Origin: Gemmatimonadaceae bacterium
GTDB taxonomy: Bacteria; Gemmatimonadota; Gemmatimonadetes; Gemmatimonadales; Gemmatimonadaceae
Direction: 5' to 3'
Assembly: GCA_035525855.1 (NCBI GenBank)
Contig: DATLDN010000203.1
Span: forward strand, 4,737-68,736
DNA length: 64,000 bases
Shown here: positions 29,903 to 39,446 of the stretch, piece after piece
Layout: each line of letters opens with the position of its first letter
Numbering within the stretch: position 1 is the stretch's first letter
The notes under the pieces: model-generated
Told to the model about the DNA's origin: nothing
Database searches by the model: none
What the model saw: only the letters and a program-made list of their open reading frames with translations
Program-made: the position numbers and the translations under genes

Positions 29903-32865
29903 GCTTTCGTTTCGATCCAGTTTGCTCCGTGACCTACATCCACGACGAGTGGAACCGAGAGCTTCGCCGCATTTTCCATTTCGCGACGCACTATTCCTTC
30001 GAGTGCAGCCAACTCTTCCGACGGAGATTCAAAGACAAGCTCATCGTGAACCTGCAGCAGCATTTTAGACGCGAGGTTTTCATCTCTTAAGGATCGATCG
30101 ATGCGAATCATCGCGATCTTGATCAGGTCCGCAGCTGAACCTTGAATTGGTGAATTGGCTGCGGTGCGTTCTCCGAACGCGCGGACGTTGAAATTCCTCT
30201 CTCGCAATTCGGGAATGTAGCGGCGACGGCCGAATATCGTCTGCACGTATCCATTCTCTCGCGCGAAGTCGACCATGCTGTCGAGATACTGTCTGATTCC
30301 GATGAAGCGCTCGAAGTAACGCGAGATAAAAGCCTTTGCGTCGGAATGATCGATCTTCAGCTGCCGCGAGAGCGCGTGTGCCCCCTGGCCGTAGATCGTC
30401 GCGAAGTTGATTGTCTTCGCGCGTGAGCGCATCTCGCTATTCACTTCATTGATGGGGACATCGAAGATGATGGCTGCAGTTTGTTTGTGAATGTCACCGC
30501 CCGCATTGAACGCTTCGACAAAAGCCGGATCACCAGATAGATGCGCGAGCAGGCGTAATTCGATCTGCGAATAATCTGCAGCTACCAGCGTCCAGCCCTG
30601 ACGCGGAATAAATCCTCGACGAATGTCCCGACCGAGCTCTCGCCTTACGGGAATGTTCTGGAGGTTTGGATCACTCGAGGAGAGTCGGCCAGTTGCAGCG
30701 ACAGTTTGATTGAACGAAGTATGAAGGCGACCGGTCGTGGGATTGACGAGCTCGGGTAGCGCATCGAGGTACGTGCTTTCGAGTTTGGCGAGCTCTCGAT
30801 ACTCCATCAATAATTTCGGAAGCAGATGGCCAGCATCTGCCATCTCCTGCAAAACGCTGGCGTCGGTGGACGGACCCGTGCTCGTCTTCTTGAGAACTGG
30901 AAGCTCGAGCTTGGTAAACAAAATCTCACGCAGCTGAAGATTCGAGTTGATGTTGAACCTCGTCCCCGCTGCATCATAGATCTGTTCTTCAACTGCCTCA
31001 CGCTCGGCTCGAAAACGTTCCTTGAGCGACTTGAACCACGGAAGATCGATGGTGATACCGGTCCACTCGACTTCTGCGAGAACGTTCACCAATGGCATCT
31101 CGATCTGGTCGAACAATTCCCTTGCGTGCGTGTTGGTCAGCTGAGGTTCAAAGATCGCGCGCAACTGGAGAATTACGTCAGCGTCTTCACACGAGTAATC
31201 CCGCGCCGCATCGACCGGGCACTCGTCGAACGGAATGGCTGTCCGCCCTTTTCCGCACAATTCGACATACGAAGTCATTGTGCGATCGAGAAATTCGAGC
31301 GCAAGAACATCGAGGCCATGCGAGCGGCGGCCAGGATCGAGCACGTAGCTGGCGAGCATCGTATCGAAATCCAGACCACGAAGGTTGACACCTGCTCTCC
31401 GAAGCACGAGCACGTCGTACTTCACATTCTGTCCGGATTTCTTCACTGCAGGATCTTCGAGCAAATCTTTCAACGCCTTCATTTCCGGCGAAGCCAACGG
31501 AGGAAGATTTGTTACTCGCCGTTGTCCACGATTTCCCGCTAGAAGCGTCGCAGCAATGCTTATGGGAGCCTGAGTTTTCGGTTTTTTCTTAGGGTACATC
31601 AGTACAGGCTCATCGCCACCACGAATGAGACCTCTGTCTTCAGACGCGTCAGTCGCAGCACGGTCGCCCGGTGCGTCGATCAGCAGATCATTCTGAAAAT
31701 CGCGACGCTCAACATGTCCGAGCGGAAAGTAGAATGCTTCGCCTGACGCGACCGCGATGGAAAGCGAAACAAGCTTTGAGCGTAGCGCATCTGATTTCTG
31801 CGGACTGTCGGCATCGATCAGCGTCTCAGTGTCGATTGAAATCGTTCCTGCTTTTCGCGCTGCTGCAACTACCTCCGTCACACCCTCGACGCTGTCAATC
31901 GTTCGGTAGTTCTTCACCGGTTTTTCAACCGGCACTTGTTCAGTTACAGCTCGAGTGTCGGTAGCGGATACCGGGACAGCCTTGGCGAGAACATGGAATT
32001 CAAGCTCGACGAACAAATTCCGGAGACGATTGTTATCGGGCCCACGAAGTTGCAGTGCATCGAGAGAAAGGTCGATATCTAAATTGGCGCGAATTGTTAC
32101 TAATTCCTTCGATAGCCTGGCATTTCCTTCATGCTCGATGAGCGCTTCCCGCGGACGTTTCTTCGTAATTTCTGTCGCATGAGCGAGGATGGATTCCAGA
32201 TCGCCGTATGTATTCACGAGCTCGACTGCAGTCTTGTCGCCGATGCCGCGGACGCCGGGAACGTTGTCGGAAGAGTCGCCGACTAAAGCGAGGTAATCGG
32301 TTACAAGGTGGGGGGGAACACCGAGCCGCTCGACTGCATTATCGACACTGAGCCAGTTCTCATCTACACCGGCCGATCCACCTCTGCCTGGATTCAGAAG
32401 CCACACGCCGGGGCGAATAAGCTGAACAAAGTCTTTATCAGCAGAGACGATAATGACATTGAGTTTCTGCGCTACACTCTTGGCGACAAGAGTTCCAATC
32501 ACATCGTCCGCTTCAAATCCCGGTAATGTGATGACCGGAATGCGATACGCCTCGAGCAACTGGTGTATCCGCTCCATTCCAAGATCGAAATCGGCTTGAA
32601 GCTCCTGACTGAGTTTTTCGCGAGTGGCTTTGTACGCGGGGTAAGTCTCGTGACGGAACGAAAGACCTGAGTCGTGCACCCATCCGATGTACTCGGGCTT
32701 GTGCGTCTCAACCAGTCGCTGCAGGAAATTGGCAATTCCAAATACGGCTGATGTGTTCTCGCCCTTGCTTGTAGTGAGGGGTCGGGCGATGAGGGCGTAA
32801 AAAGCGCGATAGATCAGCGCATACCCGTCTACAAGAAAGAGACGGGGTCTTTCCGGCATTTTCAT
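29899..32865 (-). CDS. polA: DNA polymerase I
   Basis: 5'-3' exonuclease (LVDG..LIYRA), 3'-5' exonuclease (DTET, NVKYD, YSCEDAD) and polymerase motifs DYSQIELR, QVHDELV. Confidence 0.98.
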   Translation of the reverse strand: MKMPERPRLFLVDGYALIYRAFYALIARPLTTSKGENTSAVFGIANFLQRLVETHKPEYIGWVHDSGLSFRHETYPAYKATREKLSQELQADFDLGMERIHQLLEAYRIPVITLPGFEADDVIGTLVAKSVAQKLNVIIVSADKDFVQLIRPGVWLLNPGRGGSAGVDENWLSVDNAVERLGVPPHLVTDYLALVGDSSDNVPGVRGIGDKTAVELVNTYGDLESILAHATEITKKRPREALIEHEGNARLSKELVTIRANLDIDLSLDALQLRGPDNNRLRNLFVELEFHVLAKAVPVSATDTRAVTEQVPVEKPVKNYRTIDSVEGVTEVVAAARKAGTISIDTETLIDADSPQKSDALRSKLVSLSIAVASGEAFYFPLGHVERRDFQNDLLIDAPGDRAATDASEDRGLIRGGDEPVLMYPKKKPKTQAPISIAATLLAGNRGQRRVTNLPPLASPEMKALKDLLEDPAVKKSGQNVKYDVLVLRRAGVNLRGLDFDTMLASYVLDPGRRSHGLDVLALEFLDRTMTSYVELCGKGRTAIPFDECPVDAARDYSCEDADVILQLRAIFEPQLTNTHARELFDQIEMPLVNVLAEVEWTGITIDLPWFKSLKERFRAEREAVEEQIYDAAGTRFNINSNLQLREILFTKLELPVLKKTSTGPSTDASVLQEMADAGHLLPKLLMEYRELAKLESTYLDALPELVNPTTGRLHTSFNQTVAATGRLSSSDPNLQNIPVRRELGRDIRRGFIPRQGWTLVAADYSQIELRLLAHLSGDPAFVEAFNAGGDIHKQTAAIIFDVPINEVNSEMRSRAKTINFATIYGQGAHALSRQLKIDHSDAKAFISRYFERFIGIRQYLDSMVDFARENGYVQTIFGRRRYIPELRERNFNVRAFGERTAANSPIQGSAADLIKIAMIRIDRSLRDENLASKMLLQVHDELVFESPSEELAALEGIVRREMENAAKLSVPLVVDVGHGANWIETKA

Positions 32866-32877
32866 TCAGTGCAATAT

Positions 32878-32912
32878 ACAAAACACCCCGGTGTGGGAAT
32901 CCACACCGAGGT
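32878..32912 (-). terminator. Probable terminator downstream of the csp gene
   Basis: On the minus strand CTCGGTGTGG-ATTC-CCACACCGGG followed by GTGTTTT. Confidence 0.6.
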
Positions 32913-32964
32913 AGTAAAACCTTTCGGTTCGATTGACGGCTGTTTTTTTTAGTCGGCGGAAGTG

Positions 32965-33168
32965 CTACGCCTGAGCGTGAACGTTAGTGGCGTGCAGTCC
33001 TTTATTTCCCGTCTCGATCTCGAATTCGACTTCCTGTCCCTCGGCGAGAGTCTTGAATCCTTCCATCGAGATCGCAGAGAAATGCACGAACACGTCCTCC
33101 CCGCCTTCCTGTTCAATGAAGCCGTACCCCTTTGCATCATTGAACCACTTCACCTTACCCCTGGCCAT
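32965..33168 (-). CDS. Cold-shock domain protein
   Basis: [15 protein letters not shown] and VFVHFSAI motifs. Confidence 0.97.
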   Translation of the reverse strand: MARGKVKWFNDAKGYGFIEQEGGEDVFVHFSAISMEGFKTLAEGQEVEFEIETGNKGLHATNVHAQA

Positions 33169-33203
33169 GGTACCGCCTCCGGCATGTGAGTCCAGTGCGC
33201 GCC

Positions 33204-33232
33204 TATATAGACGCGCCCCGAAACTTTGTCAA
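33204..33232 (-). promoter_or_regulatory. Sigma70-type promoter of the second csp gene
   Basis: TTGACA-17 bp-TATATA on the minus strand. Confidence 0.7.
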
Positions 33233-33260
33233 GCCGTGGCTAGCTCGCATAAACTGCTGG

Positions 33261-34652
33261 TCAGTGTACCAAAACGCGCGCGTTCAACGACTGGAAGTCA
33301 GATTCGCTTGATGGCGTCATGCGCCATCGTCCTGTGCCAGACTCATCGTAGAAGAGAAAGCGAATCCGGTACTGCCCGTATTCCCAATATTGAACTCTGC
33401 TCCGTTGTGTTACAGAGCTGCTGGTAAGAGGAACGTTACTCGTCTGCTCGTATATCTGGTCCGGCTCGCCAAGCAGCACATATACCTTGCCGCGATCTGA
33501 CAGCCACCCCGAGCGTCCGCCCGCTTCTTCGCGAAAGCGCAAATTTGCCTGGAGTATTCTCGTGAAGTACGCCTGCAGGCCTTCGTGCTCGGGCGTTCCC
33601 GGTACCGGATCCGTCGACCGAAGGAACTCTGCCCATACTGGGCCTCGACGGTCTAGTGGAGCATCCCGCAGAGCACGAATTCGATCAGAGGCCGCGTAGT
33701 AACGCAGCTGCGACAGCATCTCATCATAAGTCAGCAGGGGAATGTCGTTGCCGAAGCTCACGAACAAGGGGGTTTTGCCCATCGCACCGCCATCCGGTCT
33801 TGTAAACGTGACATTGGCGATTCCGATTCCAACTCGAGCGATGGGGATTCGCACTGAACCGCTAAGCAGATTTCCTCGCCGCGTCAGGACGACCGTGTCA
33901 CGCCAAATCGGATTACCTCGGTCGTTCTCAATTACAAAGCCAATAGGCAGACGCGTTGCAGGCCCATAGCCTTCGAGATAAACAGTGACAGTGCTGTCCT
34001 GACCAAACACGGCACTCGATCGGGGACTGGTCAGAATATGCGGAAGAGAGTCGAGGCCCGAACGCGGTGATGCTTCATAAACAACTACGGGTGTCGATAA
34101 CTGCCCAGCACGGAATGACGGTGCAGTTATCTGCCCCTGCTCAGCAGCACTACGAGCGCTTCCTGCATCCCGCACCTGGAAAGAAAGGTCATAGCTACCG
34201 GGCCGAACCTTGAAGTAGTGCTGGAAAATTACACTTTCATCCGTGCGGTTTATTTCCTTGAACGTCGGCACTCTCACGATTTCCATGCTGTTGATCTCAC
34301 TCACAACAGCTCCATTCTGTGAGATCGCGACATGAACCTCGTATGGAGCACGATATGAATCGCCCTCGCGAACAAAGCTGAGAGATCGATTCGGAATCGA
34401 CACGCTTGCGAGAAGCAGAGTCGTATCAGGAGAGGGTGTCGCGAAGTACGCGATTCTCGCGACGAATGGCAGCGGCCTTCCTGTTGCGATCAAACCCATC
34501 TGATGAAACACGGCGGCGGGATCCTGCGGCGGCTGGATCTGCCCATTCGAGGTGGCCGTCACAATTGGCCGATCAGCCCGTGGGCGAGCGCACGCTACAG
34601 AGCAAAGCACCAGGCCAAACAGGACGGTTCTATTGAGTTTTATCATTCGCAT
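33261..34652 (-). CDS. GWxTD-domain lipoprotein
   Basis: Lipobox SVAC; C-terminal ...DPVPGTP...YFTRILQANLRF...GWLSDRGKVYVLLGEPD. Confidence 0.85.
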   Translation of the reverse strand: MRMIKLNRTVLFGLVLCSVACARPRADRPIVTATSNGQIQPPQDPAAVFHQMGLIATGRPLPFVARIAYFATPSPDTTLLLASVSIPNRSLSFVREGDSYRAPYEVHVAISQNGAVVSEINSMEIVRVPTFKEINRTDESVIFQHYFKVRPGSYDLSFQVRDAGSARSAAEQGQITAPSFRAGQLSTPVVVYEASPRSGLDSLPHILTSPRSSAVFGQDSTVTVYLEGYGPATRLPIGFVIENDRGNPIWRDTVVLTRRGNLLSGSVRIPIARVGIGIANVTFTRPDGGAMGKTPLFVSFGNDIPLLTYDEMLSQLRYYAASDRIRALRDAPLDRRGPVWAEFLRSTDPVPGTPEHEGLQAYFTRILQANLRFREEAGGRSGWLSDRGKVYVLLGEPDQIYEQTSNVPLTSSSVTQRSRVQYWEYGQYRIRFLFYDESGTGRWRMTPSSESDFQSLNARVLVH

Positions 34653-34701
34653 GTGCCTGTGTACCCTATCTTCATTCGACAGTTTCTATTAGCTTCGCCG
34701 C

Positions 34702-35634
34702 GTGCCAGAACAGAGCTTGCTCGGCTCAAAGATAGCCGGGTACACTATCGAGAGTGAGGTTGGCGAGGGCGGGACTTCTGCGGTCTATCGAGCCACGCAC
34801 CAGACCCACGGCACAGTCGCGCTAAAGGTCTTGCGAGAAAAGCTTCGTCTGGATCGAACAGCTGTTGCCCGTTTCGTCAGGGAAGCTCAATACGGTGCTC
34901 GTGTCGTACACCCGAATGTCGTGCGCACGATCGAGATCGGTGAAGCAGAAAACGGCTTGCACTTCCTCGCAATCGAATGGGCACCGGGTCAGCTGCTCGA
35001 GCGCTACGCACGCCAGCATGCGCCATTACCGGTTGAACAGGTTGGGCCAATCATTGGCCAGATTGGCGCTGCTGTGCATGCTGCTCACCAGGCGAACATC
35101 GTACACCGTGATCTCAAGCCTGAGAACGTTATGTACGACCCGGATTCGGGCTTGGTTAAGCTGCTCGATTTTGGTATCGCTACAGATACTCAAACAGGCG
35201 CTGATGAGCGACTGACGCGAGCGGGATTTTTTGTCGGATCGCTCATGTACGTTGCCCCGGAAGCGTTATCGGGCGAGCTCGTAACATCCGCGGCTGACCA
35301 ATACAGTCTTGCGACAATCGCTTACTATCTCCTCACGCGGTGCTTGCCGTATACTGCGAAAGCTCCTCGGGAAATGTTCACGCAGCTTCTCACTTTACCG
35401 CCCATTCCGCTGAATTCAGCAAAGGAAAGGCTGAAATTCAGCTCTCAGGTGGAAGCGGTTGTCATGCGAGCGCTTTCGAAACAACCGGCGACAAGATTTC
35501 CCGACGTGATGGCATTCGCGAAAGCGTTTCAGGATGCAGCATCGGGAGCGACTTCTACGCCAGCGGGAAGAACCGATGAAGCCGACAGCGGAATTTTATC
35601 CAGGGTCCGCGGCATACTGAGGCGGAATAGCTAA
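34702..35634 (+). CDS. Hanks-type Ser/Thr protein kinase (catalytic domain only)
   Basis: GEGGTSAVY, VALK, HRDLKPEN, DFG and YVAPE motifs. Confidence 0.95.
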   Translation: MPEQSLLGSKIAGYTIESEVGEGGTSAVYRATHQTHGTVALKVLREKLRLDRTAVARFVREAQYGARVVHPNVVRTIEIGEAENGLHFLAIEWAPGQLLERYARQHAPLPVEQVGPIIGQIGAAVHAAHQANIVHRDLKPENVMYDPDSGLVKLLDFGIATDTQTGADERLTRAGFFVGSLMYVAPEALSGELVTSAADQYSLATIAYYLLTRCLPYTAKAPREMFTQLLTLPPIPLNSAKERLKFSSQVEAVVMRALSKQPATRFPDVMAFAKAFQDAASGATSTPAGRTDEADSGILSRVRGILRRNS

Positions 35635-36540
35635 ATCGTATTCGTGGATCGGCAGCCACAACGAAAACGTCGACCCTTGTCCGATATCGCTGACTAGCGA
35701 AAGATCGCCGCCGAGTAAACGCGCAAGCCTCCGCGAAATTGCCAAGCCGAGCCCCGTACCTCTGTTAGGTGAATCGGCTCGTGGTCCTGCACCCACCTGC
35801 TCGAATTCCTCGAAAATTCTTTCCTGGTCCACTGGGGCGATCCCGATCCCGGAATCTATGACCTGAAGCAGGAGCCACATTTCCTCGGGATCTTCATCAC
35901 CTAGAAGTGTGGCAGGCATTCCAAGTGTGATCGCATCCGTTTGCGGAATGACTCGCGTGCGTACCACAATAGTGCCGCGATCAGTGTACTTCACCGCGTT
36001 GCCAATGAGGTTCACGAGTATTTGCCGCAGATGAGTGGGATCCGTCCGAATTCTCGGAAGTGCCGCACCCATTGCCAGCGACAAACTGAGGCTTTTCTCA
36101 TTCACAAGCGACTCGACTTCACTCGCTACATCGAGAACAAACGGCCGAATATCCAGAACTTCTGTGTGAACATCGAGCCGGCCGGCAGCAATCTTGGCGA
36201 GATCGAGAATCTGATCGACAAGATGACGAAGATGATTTGCCGACGCTTCAATCCGCTCTACCGGTTTTACCTGACGCGGGCCGAGGTCACCGTAAACACC
36301 TTCACGGAGAAGATCTACAAATCCTACAATCGCGTTGAGCGGAGTCCGCAGCTCATGGGATACGTTCGCGAGAAATTCATTCTTCATGCGGCTCGCACGT
36401 AATAACTCTGACGAGAGTCTTTCGAGCTCTCTAGATCGTTCCACCAGCTTGCGAGCTTGTTTACGTTCGTGCTGTAATAACAGAGCGAGGCCAGCAACAA
36501 CGGCGGCAGCTAGAATATAGACCAGCGGCGGAATCGGCAG
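35596..36540 (-). CDS. Histidine kinase (HisKA + HATPase) with probable single N-terminal TM helix
   Basis: SHELRTPL, NLIGNAVKYT, DSGIGI and GTGLGL motifs; frame open upstream of GTG 36444 to a CTG at 36540 (start inferred). Confidence 0.88.
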   Translation of the reverse strand: MPIPPLVYILAAAVVAGLALLLQHERKQARKLVERSRELERLSSELLRASRMKNEFLANVSHELRTPLNAIVGFVDLLREGVYGDLGPRQVKPVERIEASANHLRHLVDQILDLAKIAAGRLDVHTEVLDIRPFVLDVASEVESLVNEKSLSLSLAMGAALPRIRTDPTHLRQILVNLIGNAVKYTDRGTIVVRTRVIPQTDAITLGMPATLLGDEDPEEMWLLLQVIDSGIGIAPVDQERIFEEFEQVGAGPRADSPNRGTGLGLAISRRLARLLGGDLSLVSDIGQGSTFSLWLPIHEYDLAIPPQYAADPG

Positions 36541-36590
36541 TTCACGATCTCCAGTTACAGACTAGTTAGACCCGATGATATCTAGGATTC

Positions 36591-37151
36591 ATGACTGACG
36601 CCATAACCCAGCATCAACAGCTACTCGAGCTTCTCCTCGCACGCTCGGTCAAGCGAGGCACGTTTACTCTCGCGTCGGGTCAACAATCTGATATTTACAT
36701 TGACGTCAGGCTTACCTCGATGTCACCTGAAGGTCTTTCGCTCCTCGGCCCCCTTGCGCTAACAGCAATTCGAAAACGGAGCTGGCAGGTCGATGCTGTT
36801 GGAGGGATGACGCTGGGTGCTGACCCGATCTCTTACGCAATCAGCTACGCGAGCAACTTTGCGCCGCCGTTGCTCCGAGCTTTTACTGTACGAAAGGAAG
36901 CAAAGGCACATGGAACAGGAAAACAGATTGAAGGCCCGTTCCGTAGCGGGGATCACGTTGTAATCATCGAAGACGTAATCACCACAGGCGCGTCGGCACT
37001 ACGTGCTATCGAGGCAGTTTCCGTTGCGGGTGGAAAAATTTCCGGAGTTATTGCCGTAGTCGACCGCGAAGACGGCGGGAAAGAAGCAATCGCCACTCAG
37101 GGTTACGATGTAATTTCACTGGCTACAATAACCGAGTTACGGAGTCGATGA
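36591..37151 (+). CDS. pyrE: Orotate phosphoribosyltransferase
   Basis: FTLASG..SDIYID, RKEAKAHG and IEDVITTGAS motifs. Confidence 0.96.
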   Translation: MTDAITQHQQLLELLLARSVKRGTFTLASGQQSDIYIDVRLTSMSPEGLSLLGPLALTAIRKRSWQVDAVGGMTLGADPISYAISYASNFAPPLLRAFTVRKEAKAHGTGKQIEGPFRSGDHVVIIEDVITTGASALRAIEAVSVAGGKISGVIAVVDREDGGKEAIATQGYDVISLATITELRSR

Positions 37152-38045
37152 TTTCTTCGCTTTCGCATTAATGTTTCTTTGACGCGTAATCCATCCGGGC
37201 TGCGTTGCTGATGGGTTGAACGTTCGCAGCGTCGCAACGTACGGAAGAATTACTTGTTCCCGAAAGTAAAGAAGCATCCCGGCACCGTCATATCGCTCCC
37301 GAAATTGCACGGGTGAGACTTCCATCATCGTCCGGATGTGACGCCCGAAGCTTTGTGGCGACGAGTAATCCAGATAATTCGCTACACTGGCGATCGAAAG
37401 ACCAGGATTCTCGAACAGCTTTGCTGCTCTGATTAATCTCGCGAGCGCCAGGTAGCGCTTTGGCGTAGGAAGCCCCGCCCTGAAGAACCTGCTCATCAAA
37501 GTGCTTGGAAGAATCGACATCTGTCGTGACAGCTGGCGGACTGTGTGTATCTGTGGATTCGTCACGAAGAGAAGCTCAAAGAATCGCCAGCAATCATTTG
37601 GAACGCCGGTGAGGTCGGAGCTCAAATGCCCAAGCGCAGTACGCTGCAAGTCACTCGATCGTTCAGCTGAAAGAATATCTCTAAGAGTTTGCCACCCGGA
37701 TGCTTGTCTCGCATCTATCAGAATGCGAACACCTAAGTGTCCCAGCGTAAGAATGGACTGAGGAGTGTATTGAGTTTCCGTGAGTAGTGCCATTGCCGGT
37801 ACGCGTGGGAATTCGCGCACCATTGCGGCCATGCGAGCACTGTTATATGCGCCATAGCGAGTAATCGATACAAGCACAGCTCCCGCTCTTCGCTCACGAA
37901 GATCGGCAATTACCTCGTCAAGCGATTCCCTGTGAAGCACTGCATACAAGCCTTGAGCAGCAGCATCAACTCGAGCGCGCTCAACCGGCGTGAGCACTGT
38001 CGATACTGGCATTGGTGAAATTGTTGGCTTGTTAGAAGATCGCAT
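37137..38045 (-). CDS. AraC-family HTH regulator with receiver-like N-terminal region
   Basis: RLIRAAKLF...SIASVANYLDYSSPQSFGRH...SPVQFR matches an AraC HTH. Confidence 0.8.
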   Translation of the reverse strand: MRSSNKPTISPMPVSTVLTPVERARVDAAAQGLYAVLHRESLDEVIADLRERRAGAVLVSITRYGAYNSARMAAMVREFPRVPAMALLTETQYTPQSILTLGHLGVRILIDARQASGWQTLRDILSAERSSDLQRTALGHLSSDLTGVPNDCWRFFELLFVTNPQIHTVRQLSRQMSILPSTLMSRFFRAGLPTPKRYLALARLIRAAKLFENPGLSIASVANYLDYSSPQSFGRHIRTMMEVSPVQFRERYDGAGMLLYFREQVILPYVATLRTFNPSATQPGWITRQRNINAKAKKSSTP

Positions 38046-38163
38046 CGCTGCTCCTGTCTTTTGGAGTTGATGCGCTGATTATAAAAACAGCACGTCAGCA
38101 GGGCGTCAGCGGATCCCGCTAAGTCCACAACCAGTAATTCGGCCTAGTGTATATTGAACACAG

Positions 38164-38542
38164 AATTGTAATCAGCCGGACGGTCGCGATTAGTATCGAA
38201 TTGATATTATTTCGAGGAAAGTCCGGGCTCCGTGAGAAGGCTGCCAGGTAACTCCTGGGCACATGGCTTCGGTCGTGTGACGGAAAGTGCCACAGAAAAC
38301 AGACCGCCATAGTTCTATGGCAAGGGTGAAAAGGTGAGGTAAGAGCTCACCGCACTCATGGTAACATGGGTGGCAGGGTAAACCCCGGCTGGAGCAAGGC
38401 CAAGCAGCGGCGAGAGTATCTCACCTCGACAAAGACGCCGCGGGTAGGCTGCTAGAGGTCACAGGCAACTGTGATCCGAGATAAATGACCGTCACGATGG
38501 ATTTACATCGGACAGAACCCGGCTTATAGGCTGGTTACAATT
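38164..38542 (+). ncRNA. rnpB: RNase P RNA (type A)
   Basis: GAGGAAAGTCCGGGC, GGAAAGTGCCACAGAAA, GGTAAACCCC..GGAGCAA and ACAGAACCCGGCTTA; ends pair as P1 (AATTGTAATCAGCC/GGCTGGTTACAATT). Confidence 0.97.
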
Positions 38543-38543
38543 C

Positions 38544-38580
38544 AATGGCCCCTTGCAAACTACCGCGAGGGGCCATTTAT
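38544..38580 (+). terminator. Hairpin/terminator after rnpB
   Basis: AATGGCCCC...GGGGCCATT followed by TAT. Confidence 0.6.
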
Positions 38581-38588
38581 CATCATCG

Positions 38589-39446
38589 ATGATCCGTTAT
38601 CCAAAAGCATTACTTACCGGCATTTGCATCTTCACTGCCTGTCGATCGGCTTCTGTTCCGTCGCCTGAGCCGAGTTCGTCCCCAATTGCTCCGGAAACGG
38701 AAGTGCCAACAGCTACGCGAAGCACTTACCGATGGGTGATTCCCAGCGCCACAGGAACCCACAGTTACACCTCGACAAGCCGAACAATTATCCAGGAAAG
38801 TCGCAATCAGACACGACGCGATACAATCCAGGTGAGTATGTGGTTCACAATCACCAGTAATGAACATGGTGATTCAATCGTACTTAAAGGATCGATCGAC
38901 AGCATTCACAGCAAGACATCGTTACCGATAGTGCAGAAGCCAGTACCCTTCATAGCATCTATTAAATCGGGTCAGATAAGATTCCAAAGTCAAAGCTCAG
39001 GTTCGCCAAACCATCCATGCAACAATTCAATTGCAGAGCCTCTAGGTGACATTGTTACCATTCTCATAGCACGACCGGCTGATCTCTCCAGCGGCTCTAC
39101 ATGGACAGATACCGCCGCAATAACAGTATGCTCCGGAGGATTTCCAGTATCGAGTCAGACAGTGCGCTCATACCGAGTAATGGGACAGGAGGCACAAAGT
39201 GAAGCTGAAATTCTCAAGCTCCACCGATCCGAAACTTCGACCTTTTCAGGAAGCGGTGCTCAGAACCAGCACCAGGTAACAATCACTGGAAAGGGTGAGA
39301 GAACTTCTCAGATCTCAATCGACATTAGATCAGGTAATCCCACTAACGCGACGATAAAAGAAACAGCTTCAGTTTCTATTACAAGCTCAGGCCAGATTAG
39401 CCAGTTCATCCAGCAGGTGGACCAAACCGTTACCCTGATTCGTTAA
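38589..39446 (+). CDS. Hypothetical lipoprotein
   Basis: Leader ending FTAC, Pro/Ser linker, beta-rich body. Confidence 0.7.
   Translation: MIRYPKALLTGICIFTACRSASVPSPEPSSSPIAPETEVPTATRSTYRWVIPSATGTHSYTSTSRTIIQESRNQTRRDTIQVSMWFTITSNEHGDSIVLKGSIDSIHSKTSLPIVQKPVPFIASIKSGQIRFQSQSSGSPNHPCNNSIAEPLGDIVTILIARPADLSSGSTWTDTAAITVCSGGFPVSSQTVRSYRVMGQEAQSEAEILKLHRSETSTFSGSGAQNQHQVTITGKGERTSQISIDIRSGNPTNATIKETASVSITSSGQISQFIQQVDQTVTLIR

Noticed and set aside
30826-31542. 238-aa ORF antisense to polA
   Set aside because: Shadow of polA codon usage
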